A DNA stretch of 5,348 nucleotides from a virus (taxonomy: Duplodnaviria > Heunggongvirae > Uroviricota > Caudoviricetes). Location: IMG/VR virus record IMGVR_UViG_2698536533_000009, one strand, 5' to 3'. This document shows, in pieces, positions 1-5,348 of the stretch; positions within the stretch are counted from its first letter, which is position 1, and every line of letters begins with the position of its first letter. Made by a program: the position numbers and the translations under genes. Under the pieces are notes generated by a model. That model was not told where the DNA came from and searched no databases. It saw only the letters and a program-made list of their open reading frames with translations.

Positions 1-347
1 ATCAGATGGCTGCTTAAAAAAAGAACAAATGGTAGTGTCCGCTATTGCCAGTACACCTCAATCTGTCGATAGAAGGTTGGTTCGTGAGGAACGGAACACA
101 ATTCACCTGCAATGGTTTTCAGCGTTAACTCTGGTAATAAGGCGATGCCTAATCCCTGTCGAATAAAATTCATCGCTGTATCCACCTGATTAAATTCACA
201 TTTTATCTGCTGGGCGCACTATTAGTGGTCGTGGCTGGTGGAATCTATGCGCTGCAAATGAAGGGCAAAAGCGGTGTCACACTAGTAGCGGCAAAAGAAA
301 TTCATTAATACGACACGTTTCATTAAGATTTTCCTCAGGTAACCACC

Positions 348-353
348 TATAGT
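348..353 (+). promoter_or_regulatory. Candidate -10 hexamer (TATAGT) for inaA
   Basis: TATAGT lies 35 nt upstream of the inaA ATG at 388; no convincing -35 was found (best is TTAAGA at 323..328 with a 19-nt spacer). A weak -35 would fit an activator-dependent promoter, but this is inference from the motif alone. Confidence 0.25.
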
Positions 354-387
354 CATTGTCGTTAATAAAAATGACAGGCGATAGGGT

Positions 388-763
388 ATGGCAGTTTCAG
401 CAAAGTACGACGAATTTAATCACTGGTGGGCAACAGAGGGCGACTGGGTTGAAGAGCCTAACTATCGCCGTAATGGTATGAGCGGGGTGCAATGCGTCGA
501 GCGCAACGGCAAAAAGCTGTATGTAAAGCGCATGACGCATCATCTGTTTCATTCCGTACGTTATCCGTTCGGCCGACCAACGATTGTCCGTGAGGTTGCG
601 GTAATTAAAGAACTGGAACGGGCCGGTGTCATCGTGCCGAAGATCGTTTTTGGTGAAGCGGTGAAAATTGAGGGTGAATGGCGCGCGTTGCTGGTGACTG
701 AAGATATGGCGGGGTTCATCAGCATTGCTGACTGGTATGCCCGGCATGCAGTATCGCCCTATT
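388..763 (+). CDS. inaA: InaA, acid-inducible protein of the Kdo/WaaP-like kinase family; 5' partial (first 125 codons), truncated by the N-run
   Basis: ATG at 388 with AGGG just upstream; translation MAVSAKYDEFNHWWATEGDWVEEPNYRRNG... is recognised as the N-terminus of E. coli InaA (216 aa from memory). The reading frame runs straight into the N-run at 764, so the C-terminal ~91 codons are not visible. Convergent with yfaE, as in E. coli. Confidence 0.85.
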
Positions 764-977
764 NNNNNNNNNNNNNNNNNNNNNNNNNNNNNNNNNNNNN
801 NNNNNNNNNNNNNNNNNNNNNNNNNNNNNNNNNNNNNNNNNNNNNNNNNNNNNNNNNNNNNNNNNNNNNNNNNNNNNNNNNNNNNNNNNNNNNNNNNNNN
901 NNNNNNNNNNNNNNNNNNNNNNNNNNNNNNNNNNNNNNNNNNNNNNNNNNNNNNNNNNNNNNNNNNNNNNNNNNNNN
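764..977. other. Masked or unsequenced gap: 214 consecutive N
   Basis: Directly seen: uninterrupted N from 764 to 977. It interrupts inaA on the plus strand and yfaE on the minus strand. Confidence 1.
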
Positions 978-1122
978 GTCGGGTGCGACAGGAGCCGCAG
1001 TAACCTTCGCGGCACTGGTACTCAACCGCAACATTGTGGGATTCCAGCGCCGCCAGAAGGGAAGGGTGTTCATCCTGGCACAGCAGTTGTGTGCCAGTGA
1101 TGCGCAGGGTAACGCGGGCCAT
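978..1122 (-). CDS. yfaE: YfaE, 2Fe-2S ferredoxin associated with ribonucleotide reductase; N-terminal 48 codons visible, 3' end lost in the N-run
   Basis: Minus-strand ATG at 1122..1120; translation [48 protein letters not shown] matches the N-terminus of E. coli YfaE (84 aa from memory), including the CxxxxCxxC part of the 2Fe-2S ligand motif. The start ATG shares nucleotide 1122 with the nrdB TGA stop (minus strand reads TGATG). Confidence 0.85.
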
Positions 1123-2252
1123 CAGAGCTGGAAGTTACTCAAATCGTCGGTGTCCACTTCCGCGTCAATCTGCCCGACCAGATAAGAACTGACTTCCACT
1201 TCCTGCGGAGCAACCTGCACGTTATCAGACACCAGCCAGGTGTTGATCCACGGGATCGGGTTGGAGCGCGTCTGGAACGGCAGATCCAAACCGACTGCCT
1301 GCATGCGGATATTGGTGATGTATTCAACGTACTGGCAGAGAATATCTTTATTCAGACCAATCATCGAACCGTCACGGAACAGATAATCCGCCCAGTCTTT
1401 CTCTTGCTGTGCCGCCTGGACAAACAGGTCATAGCACTCCTGCTTACATTCTTCGGCAATTTCCGCCATCTCCGGATCATCCGCGCCGCTGCGCAGCAGA
1501 TTCAGCATATGCTGAGTACCGGTCAGGTGCAGGGCTTCATCGCGGGCAATCAGGCGAATAATCTTGGCGTTACCTTCCATCAGTTCGCGTTCTGCAAAGG
1601 CAAAGGAACAAGCAAAGCTGACGTAGAAGCGGATCGCTTCCAGCGCGTTAACGCTCATCAGGCAGAGATACAGTTTTTTCTTCAGCTCGCGCAGGCTAAC
1701 GGTTACGGTTTTACCGTTAACGGTGTGGGTGCCTTCGCCCAGAAGGTGCCAGTAGCTGGTCATTTCGATCAGTTCATCGTAATAGCTGGAGATCCCTTCC
1801 GCACGTTTCTGGATCTGCTCGTTGGTGACGATATCGTCAAACACAACAGACGGATCGTTAACGATATTACGAATGATATGAGTATAGGAACGGGAATGAA
1901 TCGTTTCTGAGAACGCCCAGGTTTCGACCCAGGTTTCCAGTTCCGGAATAGAAATAAGCGGCAATAGCGCCACGTTCGGGCTACGACCCTGAATGGAATC
2001 CAGCAGCGTCTGATATTTCAGGTTGCTGATAAAGATGTGTTTTTCGTGCTCCGGCAGCGCCTGGTAATCTATACGGTCGCGGGAGACGTCAACTTCTTCC
2101 GGACGCCAGAAGAAAGAGAGCTGCTTTTCGATCAGCTTTTCGAAGATGTCATATTTTTGCTGATCGTAGCGAGCCACGTTGACCGGCTGACCAAAGAACA
2201 TCGGTTCTTTGAGCTGATCATTTTTCGTCTGTGAAAAGGTGGTATATGCCAT
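1122..2252 (-). CDS. nrdB: Ribonucleoside-diphosphate reductase 1 beta subunit (R2, di-iron tyrosyl-radical protein), 376 aa
   Basis: Translation [54 protein letters not shown]...[10 protein letters not shown] is recognised as E. coli NrdB. True start is the ATG at 2252..2250 (78th codon of the track ORF), preceded by AGGA at 2263..2260 with a 7-nt spacer. Stop TGA at 1124..1122. Length 1131 nt = 376 codons plus stop. Confidence 0.97.
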   Translation of the reverse strand: MAYTTFSQTKNDQLKEPMFFGQPVNVARYDQQKYDIFEKLIEKQLSFFWRPEEVDVSRDRIDYQALPEHEKHIFISNLKYQTLLDSIQGRSPNVALLPLISIPELETWVETWAFSETIHSRSYTHIIRNIVNDPSVVFDDIVTNEQIQKRAEGISSYYDELIEMTSYWHLLGEGTHTVNGKTVTVSLRELKKKLYLCLMSVNALEAIRFYVSFACSFAFAERELMEGNAKIIRLIARDEALHLTGTQHMLNLLRSGADDPEMAEIAEECKQECYDLFVQAAQQEKDWADYLFRDGSMIGLNKDILCQYVEYITNIRMQAVGLDLPFQTRSNPIPWINTWLVSDNVQVAPQEVEVSSYLVGQIDAEVDTDDLSNFQL

Positions 2253-2259
2253 GAGTGTG

Positions 2260-2263
2260 TCCT
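2260..2263 (-). promoter_or_regulatory. Shine-Dalgarno (AGGA) for nrdB
   Basis: Minus strand reads CAGGACACACTCATG; AGGA sits 7 nt upstream of the nrdB ATG. Confidence 0.6.
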
Positions 2264-2277
2264 GTTGGGAGTTTAAT

Positions 2278-2477
<200 letters not shown>

Positions 2478-2485
2478 TCTCAATA

Positions 2486-4771
2486 TCAGATCTTACATGC
2501 GCCGCTTTCGCAGCCATCGTCCTGGATTGACGGTACCAGATCGTCCTGCGCGTCTTCAGCGCCGTCACGGGTGTTCTGATAATACAGCGTTTTGACCCCG
2601 AATTTGTAGGCGGTGAGCAGGTCTTTCAGCAACTGCTGCATCGGCACTTTTCCTGACGGGAAACGTGACGGATCGTAGTTGGTGTTAGCAGAGATCGACT
2701 GATCGATAAATTTCTGCATGATACCTACCAGTTGCAGGTAGCCATCGTTACCCGGCATTTCCCACAGCAGCTCATAGGCGTCGTGCAGGTGCTCGTAGTC
2801 CGGCACCACCTGGCGCAAAATACCGTCTTTCGACGCTTTGATGCTGACGTAACCGCGCGGCGGTTCAATACCGTTAGTGGCGTTAGAGATCTGCGAAGAG
2901 GTCTCGGACGGCATCAGGGCAGAAAGCGTAGAGTTACGCAGGCCGTGCGTTTTGATTGATTCACGCAATGCTTCCCAGTCGTAATGCAGCGGCTCATTAG
3001 CGATGGTATCCAGATCTTTCTTATAGGTATCGATCGGCAGGATCCCTTTCGCGTAAGTGGTTTCGTTAAACCACGGGCACGCGCCTTGCTCTTTCGCCAG
3101 CTCATTAGAGGCTTTCAGCAGGTAATACTGAATGGCTTCGAAGGTTTTATGCGTCAGGTTGTTGGCGCTGCCGTCGGAGTAGCGTTTACCGTGCTTCGCC
3201 AGGTAGTAAGCGAAGTTGATCACACCAATACCCAGCGTACGACGACCCATCGCTCCACGTTTGGCGGCCGGGATCGGGTAATCCTGATAATCCAGCAGCG
3301 CGTCAAGTGCACGAACCGCCAGAATTGCCAGCTCTTCCAGTTCATCCAGGTTATTAATTGCGCCCAGGTTGAAAGCAGACAGCGTACACAGCGCGATTTC
3401 ACCGTTCTCGTCGTTGACGTCGTTCAGCGGTTTGGTCGGCAGGGCTATCTCCAGGCACAGGTTAGACTGACGCACTGGCGCGATGGCCGGATCAAACGGG
3501 CTATGGGTATTGCAGTGGTCAACGTTCTGAATATAGATACGACCGGTAGACGCACGTTCCTGCATCATCAGCGAGAACAGCTCAACGGCTTTCACACGCT
3601 GCTTGCGGATGCTGTCGTCTTTCTCATATTTGGTATACAGACGTTCAAACTCTTCCTGATCGGCGAAGAACGCGTCGTACAGCCCCGGTACGTCGGACGG
3701 GCTGAACAGGGTGATATCTTCACCTTTCAGCAGACGGGTATACATCAGTTTGTTGATTTGTACCCCGTAGTCCATATGACGCACGCGGTTGCCTTCCACA
3801 CCACGGTTGTTTTTCAACACCAGCAGGCTTTCCACTTCCAGATGCCACATCGGGTAGAACAGCGTTGCCGCACCGCCGCGCACACCGCCCTGAGAGCAGG
3901 ATTTCACCGCTGTCTGGAAATGTTTGTAGAACGGAATGCAGCCGGTATGGAACGCTTCACCACCGCGAATCGGGCTACCCAGCGCACGAATACGCCCGGC
4001 GTTGATGCCGATCCCGGCACGCTGGGAAACGTATTTAACAATCGCGCTGGAGGTGGCGTTGATGGAATCCAGGCTGTCACCGCACTCGATCAGTACGCAG
4101 GAGCTGAACTGACGAGTCGGGGTACGCACGCCGGACATGATTGGCGTCGGCAGCGAAATTTTAAATGTGGAAACCGCGTCGTAAAAACGCTTCACATATT
4201 GCAGGCGCGTTTCACGCGGGTAGTTCGAGAACAGGCACGCGGCAACCAGAATATAAAGGAACTGGGCGCTCTCATAGATTTCGCCGGTCACGCGGTTCTG
4301 TACCAGATATTTGCCTTCCAGCTGCTTAACGGCAGCATAAGAGAAGGTCATATCACGGTCGTGATCGATAAACGTGTCCATCTGCTTGAACTCTTCTTCC
4401 GTGTAGTCTTCCAGCAGATGATTATCGTATTTGCCCATCTCGACCATTTTCACCACGTGGTCGTACAGCGCAGGCGGCTCAAACTGGCCGTAGGCTTTTT
4501 TACGCAGGTGGAAGATCGCCAGGCGCGCGGCGAGATACTGATAATCCGGCGCATCACGGGAGATCAGGTCTGCGGCAGCCTTGATAATGGTTTCGTGGAT
4601 GTCAGAGGTCTTGATACCGTCATAAAACTGAATGTGGGAGCGCAGCTCGACCTGGGAAATCGAAACGTTATGCAGTCCTTCTGCCGCCCAATCCAGAACG
4701 CGATGGATTTTGTCGAGATTGATGCGCTCTGTGCTACCGTCGCGCTTTGTCACCAGCAGATTCTGATTCAT
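2486..4771 (-). CDS. nrdA: Ribonucleoside-diphosphate reductase 1 alpha subunit (R1, catalytic and allosteric subunit), 761 aa
   Basis: Translation [33 protein letters not shown]...[11 protein letters not shown] is recognised as E. coli NrdA, with the N-terminal ATP-cone region and the C-terminal redox-shuttle cysteine pair (CESGAC). ATG at 4771..4769, stop TGA at 2488..2486; 2286 nt = 761 codons plus stop. AGGT lies 9 nt upstream of the ATG. Confidence 0.98.
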
Positions 4772-4848
4772 GTATGTCGTACCTGTTTTTGGAATTCTTT
4801 CCGCAATAGTTTCATGCAGACTACCTGTAGTAAGGGAAGCTGCTTAGA

Positions 4849-4864
4849 ACACTATATATAGGGG
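4849..4864 (-). promoter_or_regulatory. NrdR box (promoter-distal copy, in the nrdA 5' leader)
   Basis: ACACTATATATAGGGG matches 14 of 16 positions of the NrdR box palindrome acaCwAtATaTwGtgt. It lies between the predicted transcription start and the nrdA ATG. Confidence 0.7.
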
Positions 4865-4878
4865 GTATGTTTGGGATT

Positions 4879-4894
4879 CACTGCAAGATAGTGT
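4879..4894 (-). promoter_or_regulatory. Partial NrdR box overlapping the candidate -10
   Basis: Minus strand reads ACACTATCTTGCAGTG: the left half-site ACACTAT is conserved and the right half is degenerate. Its centre is ~29 bp from the better box, roughly the paired-box spacing known for NrdR operators. Confidence 0.4.
4885..4890 (-). promoter_or_regulatory. Candidate -10 hexamer (TATCTT) of the nrdAB promoter
   Basis: Minus strand reads TTGCAA-17 nt-TATCTT. This puts the transcription start near 4878 and gives a leader of ~107 nt, in line with the ~110-nt nrdA leader I recall from the literature. Confidence 0.5.
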
Positions 4895-4907
4895 GAAAAT
4901 GACCCTC

Positions 4908-4913
4908 TTGCAA
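4908..4913 (-). promoter_or_regulatory. Candidate -35 hexamer (TTGCAA) of the nrdAB promoter
   Basis: TTGCAA lies 17 nt upstream of TATCTT and directly abuts the two DnaA boxes. Confidence 0.5.
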
Positions 4914-4921
4914 GTGCATAA
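4913..4921 (-). promoter_or_regulatory. DnaA box, promoter-proximal (TTATGCACT, one mismatch to TTATNCACA)
   Basis: Minus strand reads GAGTTATCCACAAAGTTATGCACTTGCAAG; the second 9-mer, TTATGCACT, abuts the -35. Confidence 0.65.
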
Positions 4922-4924
4922 CTT

Positions 4925-4933
4925 TGTGGATAA
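4925..4933 (-). promoter_or_regulatory. DnaA box, promoter-distal (TTATCCACA, perfect consensus)
   Basis: Perfect 9-mer TTATCCACA on the minus strand, 3 bp upstream of the second box. Tandem DnaA boxes upstream of the nrd promoter are established for E. coli. Confidence 0.8.
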
Positions 4934-4950
4934 CTCAGGAAGGAAAAAGT

Positions 4951-4993
4951 GGCTTTCGCGCACCTTAGGTCAGACAAGGTGTCCGGGAAAGTC
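4951..4993. promoter_or_regulatory. Imperfect inverted repeat upstream of the nrdAB promoter
   Basis: Arms GGCTTTCGCGCACC (4951..4964) and GGTGTCCGGGAAAGTC (4978..4993) are partially complementary (GGTG...GAAAG core), ~43 bp overall. It resembles in size and position the upstream inverted repeat described for nrd regulation; identity not verified. Confidence 0.35.
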
Positions 4994-5348
4994 AATGGGA
5001 AGAGAAAAATTTGTTAAAAATAACTGTTCGGCGATTTCTTGAACGGCAGAATAGGTTGGATAAATTGATATAGATGGTTTATTAATCTTTTTGTTAATGA
5101 TTGCAAAAATTGATCTAAGCACGAGTCATCACATAATCTGATGTATCAGTTGTGGTCAATATATAAGCGAATGTAAGCGATTGTTGATGTCGAAATGGTT
5201 GTTTTCTATTCGGTTATTGTTAAATGCGAAGCCATTTTGTTAATTTACCTTATATTATAAGAAAATTATTCATTACTATAATTTAGTTTAAATATAACTG
5301 GTATCCCTTAAGGTTATTAACTTGAATTATGACGCACTGATATTATTC
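4994..5348. promoter_or_regulatory. AT-rich upstream regulatory region of nrdAB (probably a divergent intergenic region; no gene start visible)
   Basis: Strongly AT-rich with A/T tracts and a recurring TTGTTAA-like motif (around 5013, 5091, 5217, 5238). No ORF of meaningful size. In E. coli this region carries Fis and other nucleoid-protein sites and separates nrdA from the divergent yfaL gene; that is from memory, and the sites themselves are too degenerate to place by eye. Confidence 0.5.

Noticed and set aside
200-387. MarA/SoxS/Rob binding site (marbox) for inaA
   Set aside because: inaA belongs to the mar/sox/rob regulon, so a marbox is expected here, but I found no convincing match to AYnGCACnnWnnRYYAAAYn in either orientation by eye. 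I decline to place it without a matrix scan.
388-1185. Track ORFs reading through the N-run (388..1185 +, 397..1122 -, 719..1015 -, 725..1003 +, 759..1073 -)
   Set aside because: N codons translate as X and can never contain a stop, so the ORFs are artificially fused. Only 388..763 (inaA) and 978..1122 (yfaE) are supported by real sequence; the plus-strand tail 978..1185 is antisense to yfaE and nrdB.
1404-1910. 168-aa plus-strand ORF antisense to nrdB
   Set aside because: Same artefact: codon-aligned antisense frame of nrdB, with no start context and no recognisable protein features.
2984-4861. 625-aa ORF on the plus strand, antisense to nrdA
   Set aside because: It is in the exactly codon-aligned antisense frame of nrdA (codons 2984-2986 and so on coincide). 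Stops in that frame need sense codons TTA, CTA or TCA, which are rare in a highly expressed E. coli gene. The translation is low-complexity and rich in R/Q/V, and it runs across the nrdA promoter. Codon-bias artefact, not a gene.

Overview
This window is the class Ia aerobic ribonucleotide reductase operon nrdA-nrdB-yfaE of Escherichia coli or a very close relative, all on the minus strand, flanked by the 5' part of inaA (plus strand) and the nrdA regulatory region. nrdA (2486..4771) and nrdB (1122..2252) are complete; yfaE starts at 1122, sharing one nucleotide with the nrdB stop, and is cut off by a 214-nt run of N (764..977) that also truncates inaA (388..763). The 233-bp nrdA-nrdB spacer is filled by a mosaic of REP palindromes (BIME). 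Upstream of nrdA (4772..5348) I can read two tandem DnaA boxes, a candidate sigma70 promoter, one good and one partial NrdR box, an imperfect inverted repeat and a long AT-rich tract. Every ORF-track entry antisense to nrdA/nrdB, or reading through the N-run or the REPs, is an artefact. I see no undescribed system in the readable sequence: this is a well-characterised housekeeping locus. The only place one could hide is the masked N-run, whose length is too short to hold the expected remainders of inaA and yfaE. The one unannotated element I would look at again is a 15-codon upstream ORF whose stop overlaps the nrdA start codon. Gene identities rest on my recognition of the translated proteins, not on a database search.
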